DNA from: an uncultured delta proteobacterium
GTDB taxonomy: Bacteria; Myxococcota_A; Polyangia; Polyangiales; Polyangiaceae
Direction: 5' to 3'
Assembly (NCBI GenBank): GCA_963782055.1
Contig: CAWAIF010000003.1
Span: 6,336,001-6,400,000, forward strand
DNA length: 64,000 nt
Below are positions 19,403-29,423 of this stretch, in pieces. How positions within the stretch are numbered: position 1 is the first letter of the stretch; the number at the start of each line of letters is the position of its first letter. The position numbers were made by a program, and so were the translations under genes. The notes beneath the pieces were generated by a model. The model ran no database searches and was not told where the DNA came from. It saw nothing but the letters and a program-made list of their open reading frames with translations.

Positions 19403-21994
19403 TCACTCCTCCGGCGGCGGCGCCGCGGTCGCGTCGGGCGCGCCGCCATCCGCGGTCACGCCCGCGTCGTCCGCCGGGACGTCCGCGGTCTCGGTCGGCT
19501 CGGTCCCCTCCAGGAACACCTCGTCCATCGTGTCGTCGTCGCCGTCGTAGGGGAGCTTCCCCGTCTTCCTGTCGATCTTCACGGTGACCACGCCCGGCGG
19601 GCGCGGGAAGTCCGACGGCGGCTTGCCGGCCTCCGCCGCCTTCATGAAGGCGATCCACGCCGGCAGCGCCGCCGAGGCGCCCGTCTCCCCGCGGCCCAGG
19701 GACTTGCCGTCGTCGTAGCCGACCCAGGTCACCGTCGCGATGTCGGTGGAGTACCCGGCGAACCACGCGTCCTTCGACTGGTTGCTCGTGCCTGTCTTGC
19801 CCGCGAGGGGCCGGCCGAGCATGCGCGCGCGCGCGCCCGTGCCGTGATCGATGACGCTCGTCAGCATGCTGGTGGTCACGTACGCCTCGGCGTCGTCCAG
19901 CACGCGGCGCGGCGGCGGCGGCGGCGCGAGGTCGAGCGCCTTGCCGTCGGGGCCGACGATGCTCTGGATGAGCTTCGGCCGCTCGTAGACGCCGCCCGCG
20001 GCGAAGGTGACGTACGCGCCAGCGAGCTCCAGCGGCTTGACCTCGTAGCTCCCCAGCGCCAGCGAGAGGTCCGGCTTCATCGTCGACTCGATGCCGAGCG
20101 ACTGCGCCCACGAGACGACGTTGGCCGGCCCGACGTCCAGCAGCACGCGCACCGCCACGACGTTCACCGACTGCGCGAGCGCCTCGCGCAGCCGCATGAA
20201 GTCGGTGCCGGCGTAGCCCTCGTAGTTGGTCGGGTGGTAGCCGCCGGGGAAGAAGTCGGAGCGCGGGTCGACCAGGCTCGCCGGCGTGAAGCGCCGCGCG
20301 TGCAGCGCGTAGGAGTAGACGATGGGCTTGAAGGTGGAGCCCGGCTGGCGGCGCGCCTGCGTGGCGCGGTCCAGGCCGCCGGTCGCGCCCTCGTAGCTAC
20401 CCACCAGCGCGAGCACCTCCCGCGAGCGCGCGTCGATGGCGACGAGCGCGCCCTCCGGGCCGGACTCCAGGCGCAGCGGCACGCGGGACTGCGCCGGGGC
20501 GCCCGCGTCCGCGCCGGCGGCGGCGTCGGGCGGCGGCGCGAGCAGGCTGACGCGCACCAGCGCCCCCGGCGGCGCGAACTGCGACGCCGGGAGCTTGCCC
20601 GGGTCGTAGCGCGCGAAGTCGCCGAGCCTCACCGTGCCGGTGACCGTCCCCGCCCGCACGTCGAAGGTGTTCTTGGCGTCGTCGTCGGCGACGACCTCCC
20701 CCAGCAGCACCTTGTGCCGCTCGAAGGCGGGCGTGCCCTCGAAGGGCTTGTCGTGCGGGGGCGCCCTGTGGATGACGCGGCCCTTCCTGTCGAGCTTGGG
20801 CCCGGCGGGGGGCTTCATCGCGCCGATGAGCTTGTGGCGCTTGTCGTAGGTGTCGAGCGCGCCGCGCAGCGCCTTGCGCGCGGCCTCCTGGAGCTTGGGG
20901 TCGATGGTGGTGGTGACGACGAAGCCCCCGCGCGCGGCCTGCTCCGGCGCCAGCTCGCGCAGCGTGCGCTTGGCGATCTCCACCACCTCCGGCGCGAGGC
21001 CTTGCTCCGCCGACTCGGGGGAGGCCAGGTGCACCGGCTCGTCCTTCGCCGCGGCGTACTGCGCGTCGTCGAGGAAGCCCTTCTCGTGCATCTGCCCGAG
21101 GACGTAGGCGCGCCGCGAGAGCGCCCTGTCCATGTGCTTGTGCGGGTTGAAGGACTCCGGCCCGGCGATCGTCCCGGCGAGCAGCGCCGCCTCGGCGATG
21201 GTCAGGTCCTTGGCCGACTTGTCGAAGGTGCCGCGCGCCGCCTCCTCGATGCCGTAGGCGCCGTCGCCGAAGTAGATGTGGTTCAGGTACAGCTCCAGGA
21301 TCTCGTCCTTGGAGAGCTCCTGCTCCAGGCGGCGCGCGAGGAGCGCCTCGCGGATCTTGCGGCGGAAGGTCTTCTGCGGGTCGAGCAGCAGGTTCTTGAC
21401 CACCTGCTGCGTGATGGTGGACCCGCCCTGCGTGAAGTGCCCGGTGCGCAGGTTGACGATCATGGCGCGCGCGATGCCCCAGTAGTTGAGGCCCTCGTGC
21501 TCGTAGAAGCCGGCGTCCTCTGCGGCGAGCACCGCGAGCTTCACGTGCGCCGGCAGCGAGGCGATGGGCACCACGGTGCGGCGCTGGGTGTAGAGCTCGG
21601 CCAGGAGGGTGGTGCCGTCGCGCGCGTAGACGCGCGTCACCTGCGGGGGGTGGTAGTTGCCCTTGAGGTCGGCGACCGACGGCAGGTCCTGCTCGTAGTG
21701 GCGCACCGCGAGCGCGAGGGCGATGAAGCCGACGACGGCGAGCACGCCCGTCGCGATGAGGGCGCGGCGGGTCCACCTCCAGAGGGCGACGCGCACGCGC
21801 TGCCACCGCGTCCCGGCGAGGACCTCCCCCTCCTTCTTGCCGTCGCGCGAGGGGCGGTCCTTGCCCTCCAGCTTCTCCAGGAGGGTGGGCTCGCGCGCCT
21901 TGTTCTGACCCACGCCTCCGTCAACGCCCGAGGCGGAGCGCTTCGTCCCGTGATCCGCGCGAGGCGGCGGAGGGTCGGAGGTCGGCACCGCCAC
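19403..21994 (-). CDS. mrcA: Class A penicillin-binding protein (PBP1A family)
   Basis: Transglycosylase motifs AEDAGFYEHEG, GGSTITQQVVKN, RKIRE; transpeptidase GSTFK, SVN, KTGT. Confidence 0.9.
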   Translation of the reverse strand: MAVPTSDPPPPRADHGTKRSASGVDGGVGQNKAREPTLLEKLEGKDRPSRDGKKEGEVLAGTRWQRVRVALWRWTRRALIATGVLAVVGFIALALAVRHYEQDLPSVADLKGNYHPPQVTRVYARDGTTLLAELYTQRRTVVPIASLPAHVKLAVLAAEDAGFYEHEGLNYWGIARAMIVNLRTGHFTQGGSTITQQVVKNLLLDPQKTFRRKIREALLARRLEQELSKDEILELYLNHIYFGDGAYGIEEAARGTFDKSAKDLTIAEAALLAGTIAGPESFNPHKHMDRALSRRAYVLGQMHEKGFLDDAQYAAAKDEPVHLASPESAEQGLAPEVVEIAKRTLRELAPEQAARGGFVVTTTIDPKLQEAARKALRGALDTYDKRHKLIGAMKPPAGPKLDRKGRVIHRAPPHDKPFEGTPAFERHKVLLGEVVADDDAKNTFDVRAGTVTGTVRLGDFARYDPGKLPASQFAPPGALVRVSLLAPPPDAAAGADAGAPAQSRVPLRLESGPEGALVAIDARSREVLALVGSYEGATGGLDRATQARRQPGSTFKPIVYSYALHARRFTPASLVDPRSDFFPGGYHPTNYEGYAGTDFMRLREALAQSVNVVAVRVLLDVGPANVVSWAQSLGIESTMKPDLSLALGSYEVKPLELAGAYVTFAAGGVYERPKLIQSIVGPDGKALDLAPPPPPRRVLDDAEAYVTTSMLTSVIDHGTGARARMLGRPLAGKTGTSNQSKDAWFAGYSTDIATVTWVGYDDGKSLGRGETGASAALPAWIAFMKAAEAGKPPSDFPRPPGVVTVKIDRKTGKLPYDGDDDTMDEVFLEGTEPTETADVPADDAGVTADGGAPDATAAPPPEE

Positions 21995-22031
21995 GGTTTA
22001 GCGAGAACCGAGGCGCCGCGCCACTTTGCGG

Positions 22032-23186
22032 TCAGTTGGGGGGTGGTGTCGGCACGGCGGAGGCGGAGAAGACGAGCGTCCCGCCGAGGGCGGTGGTGGT
22101 GTCGATGGTCGCGTTGTCCCCCTCGTAGGCCCACTGGCTGGACTGGTCGACCTGGAAGCGCTGGATGACGTCGGGCGGGGAGAAGTTGTGCGAGGTGGAG
22201 AAGAGCTCCTTGCCGTCCGGGCTGAGCGCGACGGAGATGGGGTTGGTCCCGCTCATCGTCTGCTTCAGGGAGAGGTCGTCGTTGGAGTCGAGCGCCAGCG
22301 CGAAGACCTTGTTGGACTGGATGTCGCTGACGTAGAGCGTGCCGCTCTTCTGGTCCATCACCATCAGGTGGGGGCGGCTCGCCCCGGCGACGGGGAAGCC
22401 GCTCAGCTCGTTGCCTCCGGGCAGGGCGAACTCGCGAATGGTGCCGCTGAACTGCTGCGTGGCGTAGAGCCGCTTGCCGTCCTTGGAGACGGCGACGCCG
22501 ATCATGTTGCCCAGGCCGGTGATCGCGCCGCTCTTGGTCATCTTGCCCTGCGAGTCGAGGGTGAAGCGGGTGATCTCGTTGCCGTCGCGGGCGACGAAGA
22601 GCTCCTTCTCGTCGTGGCTGAAGGCGAGCTGCATCACCGCGCCGGCGGCGTCGTTCATCAGGGTCTCGCCGTTGGAGGTGAAGCTCTCGGTCTTCGCGTC
22701 GTAGAGGAAGCGCGAGATGCTGCCGGTGGTCATGCCGCGACGGTTGCCGACGAAGACCTCCGCGGAGGTCTGGCGGAAGGCGAGGCCGATCGGGTCGGCG
22801 ACGTCGGTCTTGGGGATCGCCGTCGCCTTGGTGGCGGGCTGGAGATCGTCCGGGACATCGTAGCGGAGGACGCCACCCCAGGTGTTGGCGGGCGCGGCGC
22901 CGGCGGGCGTCTCGGTGACGAGGATGAAGAAGCGGGGGGAGGGCGGGCCGGCGTCGGGCGGCGCGGCGTCCAGGAAGGAGACGACGTCGGCGCCGGCGTC
23001 GGCGGGCGGAGCCGCGTCGGTCGTGACGCCGTCGTCTGCCGCATCGCCGGCGTCGGTGCACCCGAAGCTGCCCGGCCGGCACCCGATATCGGCCGTGCCC
23101 GAGCACCCGGTGAGCAGCGCCGCTCCGCTGGCGAGCCCGACCGCCGCCACCGCACCCCAAGTCAACCAGGTCATCGATGCCATCAC
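22032..23186 (-). CDS. Lactonase-family/YncE-like beta-propeller lipoprotein
   Basis: LLTGC lipobox, DAG linker, repeats such as VALSPDGKELF and VAVSKDGKRLYA; exact start uncertain. Confidence 0.7.
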   Translation of the reverse strand: MMASMTWLTWGAVAAVGLASGAALLTGCSGTADIGCRPGSFGCTDAGDAADDGVTTDAAPPADAGADVVSFLDAAPPDAGPPSPRFFILVTETPAGAAPANTWGGVLRYDVPDDLQPATKATAIPKTDVADPIGLAFRQTSAEVFVGNRRGMTTGSISRFLYDAKTESFTSNGETLMNDAAGAVMQLAFSHDEKELFVARDGNEITRFTLDSQGKMTKSGAITGLGNMIGVAVSKDGKRLYATQQFSGTIREFALPGGNELSGFPVAGASRPHLMVMDQKSGTLYVSDIQSNKVFALALDSNDDLSLKQTMSGTNPISVALSPDGKELFSTSHNFSPPDVIQRFQVDQSSQWAYEGDNATIDTTTALGGTLVFSASAVPTPPPN

Positions 23187-23237
23187 CGCCTCCGTCCCCC
23201 TTCATGTCCGGGGGCGCCCGGCTTTATGACCCGTCAT

Positions 23238-23915
23238 TCATTTCGCGCCGGCGGCGGTCGCCGCGCGACGCAGCTCGGCGCGCTCGGGGGCGAGCTGGCT
23301 GTCGGGGAACTCCCGCGCGTGCTCGCGCACGAGGTCGAGGGCGTGCTGCGGGTCGGTGGCGAGGCTGCGGCGCGCCTGGAGCAGCAGCAGGCCATCGCGC
23401 GGGGACGGAGCGCGAGTCGAAGCCCGCGCGGCGAGCGGCGCCGAAGCCGCGGGTGGCGGCGGCGCGACGCGGGGCGTTGCCTTCAGGACGGGGCTGACCA
23501 CGCCCTGCGCCGCGACGCCGGACGCAGACGGCGCGGGCGCGTCCGCGGCGAGCGGCGCGAGGTTGGAGGGGACGACGGCGGCGGTCGCCGCAGGGGGCGC
23601 GACGTCGCGAGGCGCGTCGACCACGGGCTGGGGGACCTGCGCGCCGGGCCCGCGGGTGAGCTGGTAGCCCGCGGCGGCGAGGGCGGCGCCGAGCAGGAGC
23701 GCGGCGGCGACCTTGGTGCTCGTCGCGGCGAACAGGCCCTTGAGCCCACCCACCGCCGGCGCGGCGACGAGGCCGCCCGCCGCGAGCACTCCGGCGACCT
23801 CCAGGCCGCGACGGACGCGATCGACCGCCTCGTCGTCCAGGACGTCGCCTTCGGCGGAGGCGAGGAGCTTCGCCAGCTCGTCGTCGCCCGACGCGAGACG
23901 CTGCGGGTCCCTCAT
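23238..23915 (-). CDS. Putative membrane-anchored anti-sigma factor
   Basis: ATGA overlap with the sigma gene; TM helix, Pro/Ala linker, C-terminal TPR-like HAREFPDSQLAPER. Confidence 0.65.
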   Translation of the reverse strand: MRDPQRLASGDDELAKLLASAEGDVLDDEAVDRVRRGLEVAGVLAAGGLVAAPAVGGLKGLFAATSTKVAAALLLGAALAAAGYQLTRGPGAQVPQPVVDAPRDVAPPAATAAVVPSNLAPLAADAPAPSASGVAAQGVVSPVLKATPRVAPPPPAASAPLAARASTRAPSPRDGLLLLQARRSLATDPQHALDLVREHAREFPDSQLAPERAELRRAATAAGAK

Positions 23916-24463
23916 GGCGCCACCGCCCTCGTGAGCGACTGCCGGACGCGCCCCCGCGCCGCGTGCAGGCGGGAGTATGCGGTCTGCAAGGGACACCCGA
24001 CCGCCGCCGCCACCTCCGTCATGGCCAGCTCCTCGATCTCGTAGAGCACGAAGACCACGCGCTGCTCCTCGCTGAGGCGGGAGAGCGCCTGGAGGAGCCG
24101 CTCGCGCAGCTGCGTGCGCTCGGCAGTGGCGTGCTGCGTGGCGGGGGCGGGCATGTCGGCCGGCACCTCGCCCGCCTCGTGCCGCCGGCGCGCCGTGCGC
24201 TTGGCGTTCCGCGCGACGTGCACGCAGATCTGCCGGATCCACGAGCGCGCGCCCTCCGGCACGGCGAGATCTCCGAGGCGCCGGTGGACGACCAGGAAGA
24301 CCTCCTGGCAGGCGTCGTCCAGGTCCGCGGGGGCGACGCCCAGGTACCGCAGCGTCCGGCCGACGTAGCGCACGTGCTCGGCGAAGAGGCGCTCGAAGGA
24401 GACGGCGGCCGGGCGCACGGGCGCGCGGACGCCATACTCGGGCACGAGCGCTGCGGTGGCCAT
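23912..24463 (-). CDS. ECF RNA polymerase sigma factor
   Basis: DLDDACQEVFLVV (region 2), RVVFVLYEIEEL...TAYSRLHAAR (region 4). Confidence 0.9.
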   Translation of the reverse strand: MATAALVPEYGVRAPVRPAAVSFERLFAEHVRYVGRTLRYLGVAPADLDDACQEVFLVVHRRLGDLAVPEGARSWIRQICVHVARNAKRTARRRHEAGEVPADMPAPATQHATAERTQLRERLLQALSRLSEEQRVVFVLYEIEELAMTEVAAAVGCPLQTAYSRLHAARGRVRQSLTRAVAP

Positions 24464-24516
24464 ACCGTGCGCATGTCCGCCCGGCGGCGGGATTATGAAG
24501 CCGTCGCGCGAGGCGG

Positions 24517-25518
24517 TCACGAGTCCTCCCGGGCACCGAGACCGAAGGTCAGCACGGGGACGACCGGGGCGGCGCGAAAGAGGGTGGACGCGGCCCCGCC
24601 ATCGCCGCGGTAGACGTACTCCGGCACGCCGAGCAGCGCGCGTGCGGCCACGCGGACGGTGACCCACACCGGACCGCCCACGCGGAAGGCGAGCGCCAGC
24701 TCCGGCCCGGCGAAGGCGACGGGCAGCTCGGTGGCGCGGGTGTCCACGAGGCCCTGCGGGGCGGCCTCGGTCGCGCCGCCTCCGGCGACGACGCACGCCT
24801 CCACCCGCAGGGCGTGGCGAAGGACGGGGGAGAAGCAGCCGCCGGCCTCGCCGGTGAAGGCCCAGATCCGCGCGCCGACGGCGCCGTCGGCCGCCTGCGC
24901 GGGGAGCCACGCGTCGAACGCGACGGCGACGGACCAGCGCCCGAGGTCGATGACGCCGCGCGCGTAGGCGCCGGCGGACGGGCGCGGCAGGAGGCCCGGC
25001 GCCGCGCCGAAGCCCGCTTCGCCGCCGAATGTGGCGTGGAACGCGCGGGGCGGCGCGGCCGGAAGGCGCAGCGGGGTGGGCTTCGGCGCCGGGCTCGGCG
25101 CGGGTGCGGGCGGCAGGTGCGGACCGGCAGCGGGCTCCTGCACGTCGTCCACCATCAACGCCACGACGACGGCGGCGGCGTCGTCCAGGCGATCGCAGGT
25201 GGCGGTGTCGGTGGTGATGCGCCGCGCGGCGAGGGTGTCTCCGCTCGCCGACACCGTCCGGATGACGGCGCGAAAGCCGCCGCCGGGATCGGCGCCGATC
25301 GTCGCCTCCACCGTCGCCGCGGGCCGGTCGGAACCGTGGAAAACCGGGCGACCGAGCGTGTGCTCCACGGTCGAGGCGAGCGTCGGGCCGTCGATGCACC
25401 CGTCGGCGGTGTGCCAGCGCAGCGCGACGTGATGCGCGGGCTCCGCATGTGCGGCGCCGCCCCACGCCAGCGAGCAGGCGACGAGCACCGCGCAGGGAAG
25501 AGCATGGCCAGGCCGCAC
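24517..25518 (-). CDS. Secreted protein with N-terminal periplasmic domain and C-terminal outer-membrane beta-barrel-like region, typical neighbour of myxobacterial ECF cassettes
   Basis: Signal peptide ending AAHA, two-Cys N-domain, Pro linker, amphipathic beta-strands; start uncertain. Confidence 0.6.
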   Translation of the reverse strand: MRPGHALPCAVLVACSLAWGGAAHAEPAHHVALRWHTADGCIDGPTLASTVEHTLGRPVFHGSDRPAATVEATIGADPGGGFRAVIRTVSASGDTLAARRITTDTATCDRLDDAAAVVVALMVDDVQEPAAGPHLPPAPAPSPAPKPTPLRLPAAPPRAFHATFGGEAGFGAAPGLLPRPSAGAYARGVIDLGRWSVAVAFDAWLPAQAADGAVGARIWAFTGEAGGCFSPVLRHALRVEACVVAGGGATEAAPQGLVDTRATELPVAFAGPELALAFRVGGPVWVTVRVAARALLGVPEYVYRGDGGAASTLFRAAPVVPVLTFGLGAREDS

Positions 25519-25522
25519 CCCG

Positions 25523-26068
25523 TCACTCCCTCCGGACACAGAAGGTGCCGCTCGCGGTGGTCATGCCGTAGTAGCCCGCCACCGTTCCGCCGGCGTCGGG
25601 CCAGGTCTCCAGGTGGACGGTGCCGAGGTCGAACCTGGTGCCTCCGTCATCGCCGGTCAGCCGGGCGTCGCCGGAGTAGGTCCCGGCGCCGTACGTGGTC
25701 GTGGGCTCGGTCCGGAGCACGACGCTCGCGTCGCCGCTGCACGCGACCACCTCCATGCACGGCGCGAACCAGTCCTCCCCACCGCAGTGGATGAAGCGCG
25801 CGAGCGGCGCTGACGCATCCCCGCAGCCAGCGTCGTAGACGCGAGGGCCCACGTCCACATGGTAGTCGCCGTCCACGCAGGGGACGCCGGAGTCGATGAC
25901 GGGGGTCGCCCTGGGCACGGTGGCCGCGTCCGGCACACCCGGCGCCGACGCATCCGGCGCCGACGCGTCGGGCGGCAGGACGGCCTGGACGCCGGCGGCA
26001 GTCCCACACGCCGCGGCCGCCAGAGGCAGCACCGGGAGAACGCACGCGAGACGGATCCGGAGCCCCAT
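25523..26068 (-). CDS. Lipoprotein of unknown function
   Basis: AAAAC lipobox, PDASAP repeats, Cys pairs, C-terminal SGTFCVRR. Confidence 0.6.
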   Translation of the reverse strand: MGLRIRLACVLPVLPLAAAACGTAAGVQAVLPPDASAPDASAPGVPDAATVPRATPVIDSGVPCVDGDYHVDVGPRVYDAGCGDASAPLARFIHCGGEDWFAPCMEVVACSGDASVVLRTEPTTTYGAGTYSGDARLTGDDGGTRFDLGTVHLETWPDAGGTVAGYYGMTTASGTFCVRRE

Positions 26069-26210
26069 ACCTGCACGATGCGCGTGCCGCGCGCGCCTGG
26101 CCCGTTACATCGGATTACGCCCCCCGGCCCCCCCTGCTGATCGCGGCGCTCAGCGGCCGCGCCCACCGCCCCCCCCTGTCCCGGGACACCCCCCCAGGCC
26201 ACCCATGCCA

Positions 26211-26266
26211 CCCACGTTTCGAGGCCAGATCATTAGCAAGCACTCGAAAGGGCCTCGAAACGTGGG
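26211..26266. repeat. Perfect 16-bp inverted repeat with 24-nt spacer
   Basis: CCCACGTTTCGAGGCC (26211-26226) and GGCCTCGAAACGTGGG (26251-26266). Confidence 0.85.
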
Positions 26267-26285
26267 GGGGGCGGGGGAGAAGGGG

Positions 26286-26301
26286 GGGCACGGGGTGTGC
26301 A
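26286..26301 (+). promoter_or_regulatory. Putative sigma54 -24/-12 promoter of the MarR gene
   Basis: GGGCACGGGGTGTGCA: GG 26287-88, N10, GC 26299-300; 13 nt separate the GC from the ATG. Confidence 0.5.
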
Positions 26302-26313
26302 GTGGGGGAGGGG

Positions 26314-26820
26314 ATGGATGCCATCATGTTCGGGCTCAAGCGGGCCTATCAGTCAACGCTCACCCTCGGGCGCGCCATCTGTTCCAAGTTTGCGCAGGGG
26401 CTCACGCCGGCGCGCCTGGACATGATGTACGCGGTTCACGACAACGCGATGAACTACGTGACGCAGATGAAGCTGCGCCGGCTGCTCGGGGTGTCGCGGC
26501 CGACGGTCAGTCGCATGTTGAAATCGCTCGAGGAGCTGGGCTGGGTGGAGCGCAGCCCGGGGCCGCACCTGGACAGGCGGACCCGCAAGGTGCGGCTCAC
26601 CGAGCGGGGCGTCGCGCTGCTCAAGCGCGTGCTCGCCGCCGTCCTCGCCACCGACATGGTGAAGTTCATCGTCGACACCTCGCTCTCGATGGGGAGGTTC
26701 TGGGACGCCGGCCGCTGTCTGGTGGAGCGCGACCGCACCGAGGGCATCCTGCGGCGCATACGGCACGACTTCGGCGACACCGCGAGCATCGAGTACCCGT
26801 GGGACCACCCCGACGACTAG
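26314..26820 (+). CDS. MarR-family transcriptional regulator
   Basis: GLTPARLDMM, LGVSRPTVSRMLKSLEELGWVER...DRRTRKVRLTERG winged helix. Confidence 0.85.
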   Translation: MDAIMFGLKRAYQSTLTLGRAICSKFAQGLTPARLDMMYAVHDNAMNYVTQMKLRRLLGVSRPTVSRMLKSLEELGWVERSPGPHLDRRTRKVRLTERGVALLKRVLAAVLATDMVKFIVDTSLSMGRFWDAGRCLVERDRTEGILRRIRHDFGDTASIEYPWDHPDD

Positions 26821-26830
26821 GCCACCCGCG

Positions 26831-27946
26831 TCACTTCTTGAAGAGGGACATCAGCAGCATCGCCAGACCCACGCCGGCGATGAGGAAGGCGACGGCCACC
26901 CCGGCGAGCAGTCCCATGCTCGGCTTCTTCTGCGACGCGATCCCCGCCATCCCCGCGTTCGGCCTGGTGGGAGCGTCGGGGAGGTTGGGCAGCGAGCTGG
27001 AGGAGGAGGGCGCCGGGATCTGCGCGATCGGCGCGATCGGGCCGCTCGACCCCGTCGGCAGCTCGCTCTTGCCTTCCAGCACCGCCTGGAGCGCCTGCGC
27101 CAGGTCCGCCATGGAAGCGAAGCGCTCGTCGACCTGCTTGGAGAGCGCCTTCTGCATCACCCGGTCGAGCAGCGGCGGGAAGGTCCTGCCCGCGACGCGC
27201 TGCGAGAGGGGGATGGGCTTGCCGGTGACGTGCAGCGACAGGAAGTCCATCGCGCTCTTCGCCTCGAAGGGCAGCTTGCCGGTGAGCACCTCGTAGAGGA
27301 TGACGGCGAGCGAATACTGGTCGCTCGCCGGGGTCAGCGTCTTGCCCTGCGCCTGCTCCGGGCTCATGAACTCCGGCGTCCCGAAGACCATCCCCTCCTG
27401 CGTCAGGATCACCGACCCCGGGCGCATCTCCCGCTCGGTCACCTTGGCGAGCCCGAAGTCGAGCACCTTGGGGTAATCCTTCAGCCCGCCGGACTGGCAC
27501 AGGAAGATGTTCTCCGGCTTGAGGTCGCGGTGGATGATCCCCTGCCGGTGCGCCTCCTCCAGCGCCCCGCACACCTGGATCAGGATGGGCAGCGCCCGCT
27601 CGACGGGAAAGGGCCCCTGGGCGCGAACCGTCTGGTTCAGGTTCTTGCCCTCCAGGAACTCCATGATGATGTAGAGCGACCCATCGTCGAGCTCACCGTA
27701 GAGGAACACCTTCACCGTGTTCGGGTGCGTCAGGTGGCTCATCGCCCGCGCCTCGCGGCGGAAGCGCGAGACCAGGTCCTTGCGGTTGGCGAGCTTCGGA
27801 TGGAGGATCTTCACCCCCACCATCCGGTTCATCTCCGGCTGCAGCGCCTTGTAGACCGCACCCATCCCGCCGGAGCCGATCTTTTGGAGGATCTGGAACT
27901 GTCCGTTCAGAATGTCGCGTCCAATGAACGGATCCGGCGGCGGCAT
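26831..27946 (-). CDS. Ser/Thr protein kinase with C-terminal TM helix
   Basis: IGSGGMGAVY, HRDLKPEN, DFG, GTPEFMSPE. Confidence 0.92.
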   Translation of the reverse strand: MPPPDPFIGRDILNGQFQILQKIGSGGMGAVYKALQPEMNRMVGVKILHPKLANRKDLVSRFRREARAMSHLTHPNTVKVFLYGELDDGSLYIIMEFLEGKNLNQTVRAQGPFPVERALPILIQVCGALEEAHRQGIIHRDLKPENIFLCQSGGLKDYPKVLDFGLAKVTEREMRPGSVILTQEGMVFGTPEFMSPEQAQGKTLTPASDQYSLAVILYEVLTGKLPFEAKSAMDFLSLHVTGKPIPLSQRVAGRTFPPLLDRVMQKALSKQVDERFASMADLAQALQAVLEGKSELPTGSSGPIAPIAQIPAPSSSSSLPNLPDAPTRPNAGMAGIASQKKPSMGLLAGVAVAFLIAGVGLAMLLMSLFKK

Positions 27947-27973
27947 CGGAGAGAGCCGGTGTATCACAGAGGC

Positions 27974-28717
27974 ATGACGATGGGATCAGGCAGCGGCGCA
28001 ACCCTCCCCGTGGCCATCGCCCTGACGAGCCCCTTGCTGCGGGCGGCAGGCTTCAGGCACGGCTTCTCCACCCGCGTGCTGGATCTGCGCCCGGGCGCCA
28101 GCGAGCGCGAGGCCCACCTGGAGGCTTTCGCCCTCGTGCTCAGGTTCGACCCCGCGCGCCTCTTCCTCGCCTCGCAGGTTCACGGCGCGTGCGCGCTCCA
28201 GGCCGAGGGAGAGCCCACCGAGCTCGCCACCCGCGCGGCCGACGCCCTGATCGCCCGGTCCGCAGGGGACGCGGTGGGCGTGCGCGTCGCCGACTGCGTC
28301 CCCGTGCTCCTCGCCGACCCTGACACCGGCGCGGTCGCCGCGGTCCACGCCGGATGGCGTGGCGTCGCCGCGGGCGTCATCGCCTCCGCCGTCAAGGAGG
28401 CGGCCGCGGCGGGCTCGACCACGCGCCTCGCCGCCATCGGCCCGTGCATCGGCGCCTGCTGCTTCGAGGTCGGCGCCGACGTGGCCGAGCAGATCGCCGC
28501 CGCCAGCCGGCCGGAGGTCGTCATCCGCCGCGAGGGCGACAAGGCCCACATCGACCTTCGCGCCGCCGTGCGCGCCCAGCTCCGCGACGCCGGACTCGCC
28601 GACGAGTCCATCGACGACGTCGCCGGCTGCACGCGCTGCGAGCCCTCCCGCTTCTTCTCGTACCGGCGCGAGGGCGAGCGCGCCGGCCGCCACCTCGCGG
28701 TGATCGTCGCCCGCTAG
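27974..28717 (+). CDS. pgeF: YfiH/PgeF (laccase-domain, purine nucleoside phosphorylase-like) protein
   Basis: HGFSTR, QVHG, VADCVPVL, HAGWRG, IGPCIG..CFEVG, FFSYRR; start uncertain. Confidence 0.88.
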   Translation: MTMGSGSGATLPVAIALTSPLLRAAGFRHGFSTRVLDLRPGASEREAHLEAFALVLRFDPARLFLASQVHGACALQAEGEPTELATRAADALIARSAGDAVGVRVADCVPVLLADPDTGAVAAVHAGWRGVAAGVIASAVKEAAAAGSTTRLAAIGPCIGACCFEVGADVAEQIAAASRPEVVIRREGDKAHIDLRAAVRAQLRDAGLADESIDDVAGCTRCEPSRFFSYRREGERAGRHLAVIVAR

Positions 28718-28745
28718 CTTCGCCGTCCGCGCGGGCGGCGGCGCA

Positions 28746-29423
28746 TCACGCCGGCCTGGGCACGCCCGGCATCCGCCGGAAGCCGTCCAGGAGCACCTCC
28801 AGCCCCGTCTCGAAGATCTCGTCGAAGTGCGACGGCGCCAGGAACGTCGCCACCCGCGCGAGGTGCGGATACGTCACCTCGTCGGACTCCACGGTCTGCG
28901 TCGTCGCGCCCTTGCGCGCGGCGAACGAAGCGCCGGCGATCTCGTCCAGCGCCGTGCCGCTACAGAAGTTGCCGACCGTCCGGAACAGCCGCACGGCGAG
29001 GTGCGCCTCGAACCCCTCCTCCAGCAGCGCGGCGAACATCTTGTCCAGCAGCGCGAGCGTCCCGGGCGTGTCGAACCGGCGCATCGCCACGAGGGGGAAC
29101 GCGTGCGGGTGGATCCGCGCGAGCGCGCGGTAAGAGCGGGCGAAGCCCAGCACCCGCGCCTCCCATCCGCCGCCTGCGGCCGGCACGTCCACCTTCCGCA
29201 TCACCAGATCGACCACGGCGTCGAGCAGGGCGTCCTTGCTGGGGAAGTGGTTGTAGATGGCCATCGCCTCGCAGCCGAGGGCGCGCCCGATCCGCCGCGT
29301 GCTCAGCTGCTCCAGCCCGTTCTGCTCGATCAGCTCAAGGGCCGTGTGCGCGATGCGGTCCCGCGTGAGCGGCTCCCGGCGCTTGCGCGGCTTCTTCTCC
29401 TCGAGCTTCGGGGCGCTGGACAT
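28746..29423 (-). CDS. TetR-family regulator (TetR_C type)
   Basis: LTRDRI...LSTRRIGRALGCEAMAIYNHFPSKDALL; FETGLEVLLDG. Confidence 0.9.
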   Translation of the reverse strand: MSSAPKLEEKKPRKRREPLTRDRIAHTALELIEQNGLEQLSTRRIGRALGCEAMAIYNHFPSKDALLDAVVDLVMRKVDVPAAGGGWEARVLGFARSYRALARIHPHAFPLVAMRRFDTPGTLALLDKMFAALLEEGFEAHLAVRLFRTVGNFCSGTALDEIAGASFAARKGATTQTVESDEVTYPHLARVATFLAPSHFDEIFETGLEVLLDGFRRMPGVPRPA

